A stretch of 64,000 nucleotides of DNA from an uncultured Chthonomonadaceae bacterium (GTDB lineage Bacteria; Armatimonadota; Chthonomonadetes; Chthonomonadales; Chthonomonadaceae), in contig CAWFQB010000006.1 of assembly GCA_963817895.1 (NCBI GenBank), positions 192,001-256,000 on the forward strand, written 5' to 3'. A program made the translations under genes and the position numbers. The notes below the pieces were generated by a model. That model did no database searches and was not told the DNA's origin. It saw only the letters and a list, made by a program, of their open reading frames with translations. Positions 44,547 through 55,704 of the stretch are shown one piece after another (the stretch's first letter is position 1; every line of letters starts with the position of its first letter).

Positions 44547-45419
44547 ATGGATAACCAATGGGAACACCGGTTTGTAAATACCAATGGAATTCGGCTGCAT
44601 GTGGCGCAGGCGGGGCCAGAAGAGGGGCCGCTCGTGATTTTGCTGCACGGGTTCCCTGAATTCTGGTACGGGTGGCGGCGTCAGATAGACGCATTGGCGC
44701 AGGCGGGCTATCGCGTGTGGGTTCCCGATCAGCGCGGCTACAATGGCAGCGACAAGCCCAAAGGCATTGGCGCGTATACCATGCCGAAACTTGGCGGCGA
44801 CGTTCTCGGCCTGATGGATGCGGCGGGACAGGAGAAAGCCTGTGTTATTGGACACGATTGGGGCGCGAATGTGGCCTGGTGGCTTGCATTGAACGCGCCA
44901 CAGCGCTTGGAACGGCTGGGCATTTTGAACGTGCCGCACCCATCCGTGTTTCTGCCGCACATTCGGCGCCATCCGCGCCAGATGCTGCGCAGTTGGTACG
45001 TGCTTTTCTTTCAATTGCCCTGGCTGCCGGAATGGTTGTCGCGCCGGGGAAACTGGCAAATGCCGGCCCAATCCATGCTGCGCAGCAGTCGCCCGAATAC
45101 GTTTTCCTCTGCCGATATGAACGCTTACCGGCAGGCATGGTCGCAGCCCGGCGCGTATACCGCCATGCTGAACTGGTATCGCGCCCTGATACAGCGTCCC
45201 ACTCCGCCGCCTGTCAGCCCCCGCGTCACGGTTCCGACCCTGATGCTGTGGGGCGCGAACGATATATTCTTAGACCGGGAACTGGCGCAGGCGAGTATTG
45301 ATTTGTGCGACAATGGCGAACTCGTGTATTTCGAGGAGGCCACGCACTGGCTGCACCACGAGGAGCCGGAGCGCGTCAACTTCCTGCTCGAAACCTTCCT
45401 GAGCCGCAATTTTGAATGA
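44547..45419 (+). CDS. Alpha/beta hydrolase, epoxide-hydrolase-like
   Basis: LHGFPEFWYGW, PDQRGY, GHDWGA, RSWY, THWLHHEEP. Confidence 0.93.
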   Translation: MDNQWEHRFVNTNGIRLHVAQAGPEEGPLVILLHGFPEFWYGWRRQIDALAQAGYRVWVPDQRGYNGSDKPKGIGAYTMPKLGGDVLGLMDAAGQEKACVIGHDWGANVAWWLALNAPQRLERLGILNVPHPSVFLPHIRRHPRQMLRSWYVLFFQLPWLPEWLSRRGNWQMPAQSMLRSSRPNTFSSADMNAYRQAWSQPGAYTAMLNWYRALIQRPTPPPVSPRVTVPTLMLWGANDIFLDRELAQASIDLCDNGELVYFEEATHWLHHEEPERVNFLLETFLSRNFE

Positions 45420-45556
45420 GAAGACAGCCGCGAATGAACGCGAATGAACGCGGATAAATAGACGGCTACATGCGCAAGGATACATCAGGTGTAGCAGACA
45501 CGGACTTCATCAGCCCGAACGCTTGACCGAAGCAAAACCATCACAAAGCAACTAAA

Positions 45557-46027
<471 letters not shown>

Positions 46028-46028
<1 letters not shown>

Positions 46029-46144
46029 AAAAGGAGAAAAGGAGAAGAGGAGAAAAGGAGAGGAATTTTTAATCTCCAGTCCCTTTTCGTTTATTTCGTG
46101 TATTTAGCGGTTCCCATTCTCCTCTTCTCCTTTTCTCCTTTTCT
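46028..46144. repeat. Inverted repeat with 8-bp periodic arms (GGAGAAAA / TTTTCTCC)
   Basis: gaaaaggagaaaaggagaagaggagaa and ttctcctcttctccttttctccttttc. Confidence 0.88.
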
Positions 46145-46154
46145 GTATTGGGGC

Positions 46155-46184
46155 TTGACAGGCGGGCGGGAATCGTGTTAGAGT
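46155..46184 (+). promoter_or_regulatory. Possible sigma70 promoter
   Basis: TTGACA-18 bp-TAGAGT with an extended TG. Confidence 0.45.
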
Positions 46185-46251
46185 CAGGGCGCGATATAAT
46201 TCACTACACGCAGGGAGGAAAGCGTTATGTCACCCCTATATCTATGGAAAT

Positions 46252-47739
46252 GTGTCCCGCAGGTATCCTGTAAAAATTTTGGTCGGTCTGTCGGCGCGCT
46301 GCTGGCCGCTGATGGGCGTTCTCAGCATGGCTTCGGTTGTCGCGGCGCGGGCGCAGGAGGATGCAGACCCAAAAAAGCCGGTTGTATCTCAACAGGACAG
46401 CGCGGACAAGCAGGACAAGGGCGATCCGCTGCTTGCGCCCAATGCGCGGGCTGTCGTATCCGCTGTCAACTTTCACTCGCGCCCCAAAGTGGTGTCGGAA
46501 GCGCAGCGTCCTCGCCGCACGGTGCAGCTAGACGGGAAAATCAGTGAGGGCGAATGGGATTTGTTCTATTCCGTCGCGGAGGGGCCAGTAAAAGGGAGCA
46601 TTTACTGCAACTGGGATGACAACTACCTGTATCTGGCCGCGAAAACGGACGGCCCTGCCACCCTCGTCTTTGATATAGACGCCAGTAATGACGGCTGGCT
46701 GCGCGGCTCGGATAATCTGGAAGTGGTAGTCGGGAGTGTGACGGAGGGCGGGCAGCCGTCCGTTACCGCCCGTCTGCTGGACGCTTCCAACAGCAAGGAA
46801 ACCCCCTCATGGGCAGACCGTTCCGCCGATGCCAAACAGATTCAGGTGGCGAGTAAAATGGAGAATGGCGGGCAGGTCGTGGAGATTGCTATTCCCAAAA
46901 GCATGGGCAGTCTGGTCATGCGTCCCGGCGCGAATATCGGGCTGCGCGGCGAGTTTTTGCCGCCCGGCGACGCGAGCGCGTACATGCCGACCGCGCCGTT
47001 TGAACCGCATCTGCTGCTGGACGCGACCCTAGTGGAAGCGCGTCAACTCTCTGCGTCGGGCATCAACCCCAATCTGACCCTTTCCGATAAAAAGTGCGTC
47101 CCCGGCCAGAAACTGTTCGCCACAATGGAGTTGTACAATCAGACCGATGTTCCCATGCCCATCAAAGCCGTGCAGTGGGGCGGCACAACGGGTTCGGTAA
47201 ATGCCGTCAACAGCGTCCGCCGCGTCGCCGTTCCTCCGGTTGGCCCGATGCGCCGCCTGAGACTGGCCTACGAAACCCTGCTTCCCGCCGACCTGCCGCC
47301 TGGAACGTATACCCTACAGGTAACAGTGGATTTGGACAACGGCAAGCAGATACAGTCTTCCACGTCGTTTACGGTTGTGGAACCCTTGCAGCCGCAAATG
47401 TCCACGCAGCCCGACCCGGTGACAGTCGTTGGCCCCACCACGTTTGCGGTTGTCGTAGACGTGTACAATGCCAACCCCGGCCAGATGAACTGCGAGGTTG
47501 ACCTGCTGACCATTCCGCCCGGTTGGGAACTCGTAGACAACAGGCGCACCAAACTGCCCCTGACCGTCGAGAAAGAGGACGGTCACGCGAGCCGCCAGTT
47601 CGTGTTTAAACTGCCCTCCACCACGCCTGCGGGCGATTACCCGCTGGATGCCACCGTCACCTGGCACAAGCGCGTATGGAAACTGCATACCATTGCCCAC
47701 GTCCTGCGCCCGGAACCGGTAGTTCCGAAGAGTCCATAG
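46252..47739 (+). CDS. Secreted hypothetical protein (CBM9/DOMON-like N-domain plus Ig-like domains)
   Basis: Signal peptide; VQLDGKISEGEW, NWDDNYLYLA, VVEIAIPK; two PxGxY Ig-like strands. Confidence 0.65.
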   Translation: MSRRYPVKILVGLSARCWPLMGVLSMASVVAARAQEDADPKKPVVSQQDSADKQDKGDPLLAPNARAVVSAVNFHSRPKVVSEAQRPRRTVQLDGKISEGEWDLFYSVAEGPVKGSIYCNWDDNYLYLAAKTDGPATLVFDIDASNDGWLRGSDNLEVVVGSVTEGGQPSVTARLLDASNSKETPSWADRSADAKQIQVASKMENGGQVVEIAIPKSMGSLVMRPGANIGLRGEFLPPGDASAYMPTAPFEPHLLLDATLVEARQLSASGINPNLTLSDKKCVPGQKLFATMELYNQTDVPMPIKAVQWGGTTGSVNAVNSVRRVAVPPVGPMRRLRLAYETLLPADLPPGTYTLQVTVDLDNGKQIQSSTSFTVVEPLQPQMSTQPDPVTVVGPTTFAVVVDVYNANPGQMNCEVDLLTIPPGWELVDNRRTKLPLTVEKEDGHASRQFVFKLPSTTPAGDYPLDATVTWHKRVWKLHTIAHVLRPEPVVPKSP

Positions 47740-47834
47740 TTGATAGTTGATAGTTGATAGCACAATGCGTCAGTCTCCTCTGGCAGAAACGTCAGGCAAT
47801 CAACTATCAAGTATCAACTATCAACTATCAACTA
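47736..47834. repeat. Inverted repeat with TTGATAG / CTATCAA heptamer arms spanning stop to start
   Basis: atagttgatagttgatagttgatag (contains the TAG stop) and atcaactatcaagtatcaactatcaactatcaact-ATG. Confidence 0.9.
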
Positions 47835-48790
47835 TGAACCTAGCCATTGAAACCCAGAACCTGAGCAAGACCTACAAACACTTTACCGCCGTGCGGCATC
47901 TTAATTTGGCTGTGCCGCAGGGCGAGGTGTTTGGTTTTCTCGGCCCCAACGGAGCCGGTAAAACCACCACGATTATGATGCTGTTGGGCAACATACGCCC
48001 GACAAACGGCACGGCCATGCTGCTCGGCAAACCGGTCGGGGACGTGCAAACGCGGCGCAAAGTGGGATTTCTGCCCGAAAAATTCCAGTTCCACGAGTTT
48101 CTCACCGCTACGGAGTTTCTGCATCTGCACGGCAAACTTAACGGCATGAGCCGGGAACAGCGCAATCGCCGCATCCCCCTCGTGCTGGCGCGAGTGGGGC
48201 TGGCGGATCGCGCCAACAGCCGGATACGCGAATTTTCTAAGGGGATGCAGCAGCGCGTGGGATTGGCGCAGGCCATTCTGCACGAGCCGGATGTGGTGAT
48301 ACTGGATGAGCCGACAAGCGCGCTCGATCCTATCGGACGGCGGGACGTGCGCGACATCGTTATGGAATTGCGCGGGCAGGGCAAAACGGTCCTGCTCAAC
48401 TCGCATCTGCTGTCGGAAATCGAAATGACGTGCGACCGTGTTGCCATTATCAAGCGGGGCGAGGTGGCGGCGCAGGGGACGATGGACGAACTGCTTGGAT
48501 TCGCGTCCAGCGTCGAGATCGAAGTGCGTGATATGAATGACGCGGCAATGAACGCCGTCCGGCAAATCGCGTCCAAACTGAAGATCGGACGGGTTCCCAT
48601 TACGCGTTTTACCGCATGGGTGCGGGCGGAAGAGGATGTTCCCGAACTGGCCCGCGCCTTAGTGCAAAATGGCGCGAAACTGCTGGCTCTGGTTCCGCAG
48701 CGCGAAACGCTGGAACAACTGTTTGTCCGCATCATCGAAGGCAGCGTAGAACCCGGCGTAGAGGCTGTTCCAGCCATACTTGAGAAATAG
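47834..48790 (+). CDS. ABC transporter ATP-binding protein (ABC-2 type)
   Basis: GPNGAGKTT, FSKGMQQR, ILDEP, NSH. Confidence 0.95.
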   Translation: MNLAIETQNLSKTYKHFTAVRHLNLAVPQGEVFGFLGPNGAGKTTTIMMLLGNIRPTNGTAMLLGKPVGDVQTRRKVGFLPEKFQFHEFLTATEFLHLHGKLNGMSREQRNRRIPLVLARVGLADRANSRIREFSKGMQQRVGLAQAILHEPDVVILDEPTSALDPIGRRDVRDIVMELRGQGKTVLLNSHLLSEIEMTCDRVAIIKRGEVAAQGTMDELLGFASSVEIEVRDMNDAAMNAVRQIASKLKIGRVPITRFTAWVRAEEDVPELARALVQNGAKLLALVPQRETLEQLFVRIIEGSVEPGVEAVPAILEK

Positions 48791-48798
48791 GTAAATCT

Positions 48799-49756
48799 AT
48801 GCGTGTCCCTCATCCGATTCCCTATCAGGGTAGTAAGCGCAATCTGGCGGGAATGATATTGCCGTATGTGCCTGCGGATACGCGACGTATTATCGAACCT
48901 TTTGCAGGTTCGGCGGCGGTTTCGCTGGCCGCCGCGCACAGCAAGCAACCCCCCCGAGTTTCTGCTCAATGACATCAATCAACCCCTCATAGAATTGTGG
49001 AAAGCGATCATCAACGAGCCGGAAACAGTCGCATCGGGGTATGCGCGATTGTGGCAGGAGCAGCAGGGGCAGGAGCGCGATTATTACAATCAGGTACGCG
49101 AACGGTTCAACCGGACGCAGGACGCCTGTTTGTTTTTGTATCTACTGGCGCGTTGCGCCAAAGCCTCCATCCGCTACAACAGCAGTGGCGAGTTCAATCA
49201 GAGTCCCGACAATCGGCGTCAGGGGGCGCATCCCGATGCCATGCGTTCGCGCATTTTGGGCGCGTCCCGCTTGCTGCGCGGCAGAACGGAACTGCGCTGC
49301 ACCACGTTCGCGAATGTCCTGACGAATATAGATGCCAGAGACGTGGTGTACATGGACCCGCCGTATCAGGGCGTGTGTGGCGAACGCGACCGGCGCTATA
49401 AGGGCGGCATTGATGTGGAGGCGTTCGTGGACTCCTTGCGCCTGCTGAACCGCAACGACGTTTCGTATATTTTGAGTTACGATGGACAAACCGGCGGCAA
49501 ATCGTATGGCAAACCTCTGCCTGCCGACTTACGCTTGTACCCTATTCTGTTGGACGCCGGACGCTCTTCACAGGCCACGCTATTAGGACGCGACGAAAAA
49601 ACCTTCGAGTCGCTGTATCTTTCTCCTGCTCTCGTCGCCCGTTTGCCTGAATGCGCTATGCCCGGAGTCCGTGCTATAAATTGCGCGGCTATGTTCTTCC
49701 CAATACCCCATAGCAAAGAAACTCATTTCGTTACTCTCCTCTACGCGCTTCCTTAA
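48799..49756 (+). CDS. DNA adenine methylase (Dam/D12 class), frameshift near 48950
   Basis: MRVPHPIPYQGSKR...IIEPFAGSAAVS (motif I), LNDIN, VVYMDPPY (motif IV). Confidence 0.9.
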
Positions 49757-49858
49757 TATGACTGAAACATCCTTTGCCGCAGGCTGTCGTATAGGATACA
49801 ATAGCGTATTCGAGCCACTAATCGCTATGTCTTTGTTCGTTCTGTTTCACTCTCTGCC

Positions 49859-52422
49859 ATGAACATCAAAAACGTTTTTGCCGCAACAATGATTATATTC
49901 GCCTGCGCCCTGACAGGTTTGAACGCGCACGCCGCGCCGCCACACGTTCAGAAAGCCGCCGCGCCTGCCGCCAAAACCGCCAAAAAGAACAGTGGTAATG
50001 CGCAGGTTGTCGGGCTGACGATTACGCCTGCTGTGGCAAGTTTGAGCGGAACTGAAGCCGCGCAGCATCTGCTGGTAACGGCCACGTTTCGGGATGGCGC
50101 GACGCGGGATGTAACGGATGAAGCCGTATTTGCCACTTCAACGCCGAAACTGCTGACGGTTTCCAAATTCGGGGAAGTGAGCGGGATGGGGGATGGGCAG
50201 GGCGCGGTTGCGGCGAAGTGGGGCGGCAAAACAGCAGTGGCAAAGATTGTGACGAGCGGCATGAAAACGCCCGTAACCGTTTCGTTTGTCAATGACGTGG
50301 TTCCGGTTTTGTCGCGGTTGGGATGCAGCAGCGGGGCGTGTCACGGCGCGGCGCAGGGCAAGGGCGGGTTTCGGCTGAGTCTGCGCGGGTACGCGCCCGA
50401 AATAGATTACGTTTCCATCACGCGGCAACTTGGCGGGCGGCGCATCAGCCGCGAAGCCCCGGAACACAGCCTGTTTCTGCGCAAGCCCCTTGCCGAACTG
50501 CCACACCGGGGCGGCAAACGTCTGGACGTGGATTCCCGCGAATACCGCATCCTGCTCGCCTGGCTCAAACAGGGCGCAGCCGGCGCAACCGGCAAGGAGG
50601 CCGCGCTTGCCAAACTGGAAATTCTGCCCGGCGACCGCCAACTGAAGCCGGGAGAAAAACAACGCCTGCTGGTTCGCGCCACGTTTGCCGATGGGCGCAA
50701 CGAAGACGTGACCGGACGCGCCCTGTACAATTCCAACGATGTCGCGCTCGCCACCGTTACCGAGAGCGGGCTGGCGCAGATGCAGCGCGCGGGCGAAACG
50801 GCGATTACGGCAAAATACATGGACAAACTCGCCGTTGTCCGGGTTATCAGCCCGTTCGCGCAGTCGGTTTCCGAAGCCGCGTACAAACCCCGCAACAACT
50901 TTGTGGATGATCTGGTCAACGCCAAACTCAAGCAACTGCATATCGAGCCGTCCGCGCTTTGTACGGATCAGGAGTTTCTGCGCCGCGCGTATATTGACGC
51001 CATTGGAACCCTGCCCACCGCCGACGAAGCCCGCGCCTTTCTGGACGATCCGAGTCCCAACAAACGCGATAAACTGGTGGATGCGCTCTTGCAGCGGCCC
51101 GAATACGGCATGGTGTGGGCGCTGAAATTCGGCGATTTGTTCGTCCTGCGCCGCGAGTACATGCACCGCAAATACGCCATGCTGATGCAGCAATGGCTCA
51201 TGGAGCAGTTCAATCAGAACCGCCCATGGGATAAAATCACGACTGACATTCTTACGGCAAGCGGTTCGCTGGAACAGAATCAGGGCGGGTATTTCTTCAT
51301 CAGCCGCTCGCCGCAAAAGGAGGGCGAGGGGAGTTGGGTGCGCGCCCCGCAGGTGACAGGAGAAATGACCGCAGCCGTCTTTCTGGGAACGCGGATTCAG
51401 TGCGCCAAATGCCACAACCACCCGACCGAGCGCTACACGCAGGACGACTATTACCACTTCACCGCGCTGTGGCAGCAAGTCACGGGCAAGGGCGGCAACG
51501 ACGATGGCGTACCCGAACTGTTACAGGCGACGGCAAATGGCGAAGTGCGCAACCCGCGCACGGGCGAACTGATGAGCGCGCGCCCCTTAGACCGCGCCGA
51601 CCTGGGCTTTGTCAAAACCGTTAAGGGCAAAGACGGCAAGGAACAGGAAGAAGACCGGCGCGTGAAAGCGGCGGCGTGGATCATGCATCAGGACGATTTT
51701 GCCCGCGCCATTGTCAATCGCTTCTGGGCGCGTTGCTTCGGATCGGGAATCGTGGAACCTGTAGACGACATTCGCAGCACCAACCCGGCCAAAAACGAAC
51801 CGCTCATGCGCGGCGTTGTGCGACGATCTGAAGCGGCACAACTTCGACCTGAAAAATCTGCTCGGCACGATACTGAAATCGCGTACCTACCAGCTGAGTT
51901 CGCTGCCCAACAAAACCAACAAGATTGACTTCAAACTGTTTTCGCATTATCAGCCGCGCCGCCTGCCCGCCGAGGAACTGGCGGATGCCGTGTCGCAGGT
52001 AACGGGCGTGTGGGACAAGTATCAGGGCGTGTCGTTGGGAACCCGCGCCTGTGAACTGGCGGATACAGAAATTCCAAGCATCATGCTGGACACGTTCGGG
52101 CGTCCGCAGCGCGTGCAGCCAAGCGACGCGGAGCGCAATTGCAGTCCCGCCATCAGTCAGGCGCTGGCCCTGCTCAACAGCGAAAACATACAGAACAAGA
52201 TGAAGTCCGGCGATTGCGTACTGAACCCGCTTCTGAAATCCGGCAAATCGGATGCGGACACGCTGGACACGCTGTTCCTGTCCGCCCTTGCCCGTCATCC
52301 CTCGCCGGTCGAGTCAAAAGCCTTGCTTGACACTGATTGCGCAAGCTCCGAAGAAAGAAGAGGGCTTTCAGGACGCGCTCTGGTCCCTGCTCAACAGCAA
52401 AGAGTTTCTGTTTAATCATTAA
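49859..52422 (+). CDS. DUF1549/DUF1553 protein with Ig-like (Big_2) domains, frameshifted near 51815 and 52335
   Basis: SFVNDVVPVLSRLGCSSGACHG, DQEFLRRAYID, QCAKCHNHP, VNRFW...GIVEPVDD, RRLPAE, WSLLNSKEFLFNH*. Confidence 0.9.
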
Positions 52423-52698
52423 CGGCAGGGGTATGATTCCGCCTCTTGCCCCGCCCGTCTGCTGATTTTGGCCCTCAACCTCTGCTCACGCAGGTACTTT
52501 AGCAAGACTCCAATGACGCGGAAGCCCTGAAACTGATGACCCTGCAAGACGAACCCTCCTCGAAAATGAAGCCGACACAGCCACCCCGCGCCACCTCAAA
52601 AACTCCCTGAAACCCCAACCGAAAAACAAAAGCAAAACAACGCCTCACAAGAGCCACCAAACGCAGTATACTATGTTCACGCTTCGGGAGGAAACGTC

Positions 52699-53724
52699 AT
52701 GATTAGTTCCATAGAAATCAAAGGTTTGCGCGGTATTCAGGAGGGAAAGTTGACCGACTTTACCCCTCTCGTTATACTCGTCGGCACAAACGGCTCTGGC
52801 AAAAGCACTGTTCTGGAAGCAATGCTTATGGGCGCAAGTCAGTACCCTGAAAAAGCGATTGGCTATGTTGCAACCAGACGGGCAGGCGTAAAGCAGGGAT
52901 ATGAATGGCTGGTAAGAAGCAACTTTGCTTCCGACTCTTCTGAAAGCAAAGAAATCTACGTTCATGTGACAACGGATGCAAGCTGTGAGCGTACTATTCG
53001 TCTGCATCCGTCAGAAAACATTTTTGGTGATGAGCGGGCAGACTATCTGGGAGAATGGCAAGAAGAATGTGACGGGGAAGAAACCTTAAAAACAAATATC
53101 GGCATTACCTTTCGATATAGCAAACAGGAGCAAACCAGCTATCAAGGCAGGCGTTTGAATGGTGTTGACAACCTGCGTATTCTTGAGTCGGAAATTGGCG
53201 CAGGGGGCAAACCTTTGCACACATTGTACACAGAGGCTGCAAAGGCAGGGCGTCGCGAAGATGTCAATGGTTTGCTCCGTGACATTATTCCTGGATTATC
53301 CCATATAGAAATTCTTACAGAAGAAGATTCTCCGATTATCCATCTGGTCTATAAGGATCGCAGCATCCCTGCGGCTATTGCGGGAAACGGCATTTACACA
53401 TTATTGCGCTTGGCACTGGAACTTGCCGCGACTCCTGATAAAGTAGTTTTGCTGGAAGAACCGGAAGTTTACAAACATCCCGGAGCGCTGCAACAAACCG
53501 CGCGGGCAATATGGGCGGCAATTCGGCGCGGTATTCAGGTGATTATTTCCACGCACAGTTTGGACTTGATAGATTCTCTGATGTTTGAGGTTCAGAATAA
53601 AGAAGAACTTGATCAGATGAGCGTGTACCGACTGTTGCTGGTTGAGGGTTGCCTGCGCTCCTCGCGGACAGCAGGCGAGGAAATCAATTTCGTTCGCGCA
53701 GAAATTGGGGATGACCTGCGGTGA
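52699..53724 (+). CDS. AAA_15/AAA_21-type ABC-ATPase (defence-associated family)
   Basis: IEIKGLRGI, GTNGSGKST, degenerate signature AGNG, LLEEPE..KHP, ISTHS. Confidence 0.88.
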   Translation: MISSIEIKGLRGIQEGKLTDFTPLVILVGTNGSGKSTVLEAMLMGASQYPEKAIGYVATRRAGVKQGYEWLVRSNFASDSSESKEIYVHVTTDASCERTIRLHPSENIFGDERADYLGEWQEECDGEETLKTNIGITFRYSKQEQTSYQGRRLNGVDNLRILESEIGAGGKPLHTLYTEAAKAGRREDVNGLLRDIIPGLSHIEILTEEDSPIIHLVYKDRSIPAAIAGNGIYTLLRLALELAATPDKVVLLEEPEVYKHPGALQQTARAIWAAIRRGIQVIISTHSLDLIDSLMFEVQNKEELDQMSVYRLLLVEGCLRSSRTAGEEINFVRAEIGDDLR

Positions 53725-54497
53725 TAGAATCCATCATCTTGTGTGAAGGCTATCACGACCGAGCATTTTGGTCAGGTTTATTGTTATCCCTGAACTGCAT
53801 TGATAAGGGTATTATTCCCGGCAGCGGCAAGCGTCGTAAGGTAGACGACATTGATGGCGTGAAAGTGGAGGCAGGACAGTTTTACTACTACACGCAAAGT
53901 GGGAACGGAGTAAGAATTGTGCCTTGTCAGGGTAAAGACAGAATTCTTTCAATGTTCGACTCCTACCTGGAGCGGCGCAACACAAAGTCATTCGCGCGTT
54001 TTGTCATCAATGTTGATCCAGACACGGATGCGGCTAATCCGACTGACAAAACGACCGGCCTGCGCGTAGAGGATGTGCTGCGTCGCGTACAACAGCCGCA
54101 ATTTGATCCGTTGGCGCAAGTGGATGGTAACAGCGAGATTGTTATAGATCAAGGCGGCAGCCGAATTGCATTGGTACGGTGGGAAGTGGCGGATGCTTCC
54201 GGCGCGGGAATGCCCAATCAGCAGACGTTGGAACGGCTTGTTTGCGCGGCGATTGTGGCGGCGTATCCGGCGCGAGGGGCGCATGTGCAAAACTGGCTGG
54301 ATACAAGGCCGGGCGCGCCGCCGTTCAGTGTCAAGGAGTTTGCGTGGTCGCACATGGCAGGATGGTATGCCGAACACGGCTGCGACGATTTCTACCGTTG
54401 CCTGTGGGAGGACGTTGCTGTTAAAGCTGAATTGAAAACTCGGCTGCAATCTTCCGGGGCGTGGCAGATTGCGCAAACGCTGGCGAATGAAATATAA
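53721..54497 (+). CDS. DUF3226-like / TOPRIM-like partner of the ATPase
   Basis: IILCEGYHDRAF, VINVDPD (DxD), TLERL; GTGA translational coupling. Confidence 0.7.
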   Translation: MIESIILCEGYHDRAFWSGLLLSLNCIDKGIIPGSGKRRKVDDIDGVKVEAGQFYYYTQSGNGVRIVPCQGKDRILSMFDSYLERRNTKSFARFVINVDPDTDAANPTDKTTGLRVEDVLRRVQQPQFDPLAQVDGNSEIVIDQGGSRIALVRWEVADASGAGMPNQQTLERLVCAAIVAAYPARGAHVQNWLDTRPGAPPFSVKEFAWSHMAGWYAEHGCDDFYRCLWEDVAVKAELKTRLQSSGAWQIAQTLANEI

Positions 54498-54640
54498 TGG
54501 GCCGTTATGAAATGGCAGGCAACCTTTCCGCGATAGCGGCGTACAGATAATAAATTAAAGTGTGGAAGTTGATTGAAAAATCGCAAGAAGTATTTTGCGA
54601 TAATGCTGTTTGTGTCCATACATGGAAAAGGAGCGAAAAC

Positions 54641-55348
54641 ATGGATGCTGTGAAACGAAGTGGGGGTTTATGCCTGCCAATTCTGCTGATGGCCTGGATG
54701 CTGTTGGCGGCAGGACTGACTGCCAGCCGCGCTGACGATGACGTCAAGGTGCCTGCGGACGCGCCGCGCGTGGCTGTGATTCCGTTCGGGAATCAGGATG
54801 GCACGGACGGGGCGCGCGAAAAGTGCGCGTCCGCGCTGCGCATTTTTATTGAAAAGCGGGGCTACCGCGTGGTGGAAGGCGACTCGGTGAAGAAAGCCTA
54901 TGAGGATGCCACCGGCGAAACACCGGGAAGCAAAGACAAAGCGCTAACCCTGCGCGACAAAGACCTGCTGAAAGTGGGCCGCGCCCTGAAAGTGGATTAC
55001 GTGATAGGCGCGAACCTGAAATGGCACACCAAATCCATTTATGTGTTCCCGACCCTGCGCACCAAAGCCGATTGCAGCGTGGACGCGCTTGTCGTCAACG
55101 TAGAAAAGTCCGAAGTGGTTTTGGACAAGCATGATGTGAAGAAGGACTCGGAGAATAAGAATGCGGCGGCGGGCGTCGCCGCCGTTCTGGGCGGGCTGGG
55201 CTACGGCGCGATTTCCGGTGGTCCGAAAACCCCGCCGCAGACCAAAGCCGGAGTTACCGCGTTGTACACTGCGCTGGAAGAATTCGTAGGCACGTCCTCC
55301 GGCCCGCGCAAGATCAACGACAAAGACGAAGGCAAAGGCAAAAAGTAG
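54641..55348 (+). CDS. Secreted hypothetical protein (CsgG/TolB-N-like fold possible)
   Basis: Signal peptide; RVAVIPFGN, KVGRALKVDYVI. Confidence 0.6.
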   Translation: MDAVKRSGGLCLPILLMAWMLLAAGLTASRADDDVKVPADAPRVAVIPFGNQDGTDGAREKCASALRIFIEKRGYRVVEGDSVKKAYEDATGETPGSKDKALTLRDKDLLKVGRALKVDYVIGANLKWHTKSIYVFPTLRTKADCSVDALVVNVEKSEVVLDKHDVKKDSENKNAAAGVAAVLGGLGYGAISGGPKTPPQTKAGVTALYTALEEFVGTSSGPRKINDKDEGKGKK

Positions 55349-55704
55349 CCCATTCTATTTTGCTGCTCAAAAACTTCGTCTGCGCTACCGAAACGCGCCC
55401 TGTACAACGTTGTAACCCATTGTGCAGGGCGCGCGAACATGATGTAATGAGTCAGTCTTGACAGTGGAAGTTCCTATTTTGTATAGAAGTGTGTTGCTGA
55501 AGCGCATACTATGATATGCTGGATTTTAATTGCGCGAATAGGCGCAACATTCTGCTGCCGGGATTGTCTGTAACTGCAAGCGGTTCCCATGCGGAACTAT
55601 AAGTTAAGTTATATCCATCAACCAATTCTGTTATATCTATTTGCGTTCGTTCGCGTGTATTCGCGGCTAACTTTGCATTATTCCGAAGGACGGGGACAAA
55701 ACTC

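Noticed and set aside
52423..52690. Possible TPR-like gene fragment or ncRNA
   Set aside because: Only a short stop-interrupted peptide is visible and there is no convincing structure.
55394..55433. Hairpin cgcgccctgtacaa/ttgtgcagggcgcg as an ncRNA
   Set aside because: A single stem after a stop codon with no U-tract or other support; most simply a transcript-end stabiliser.
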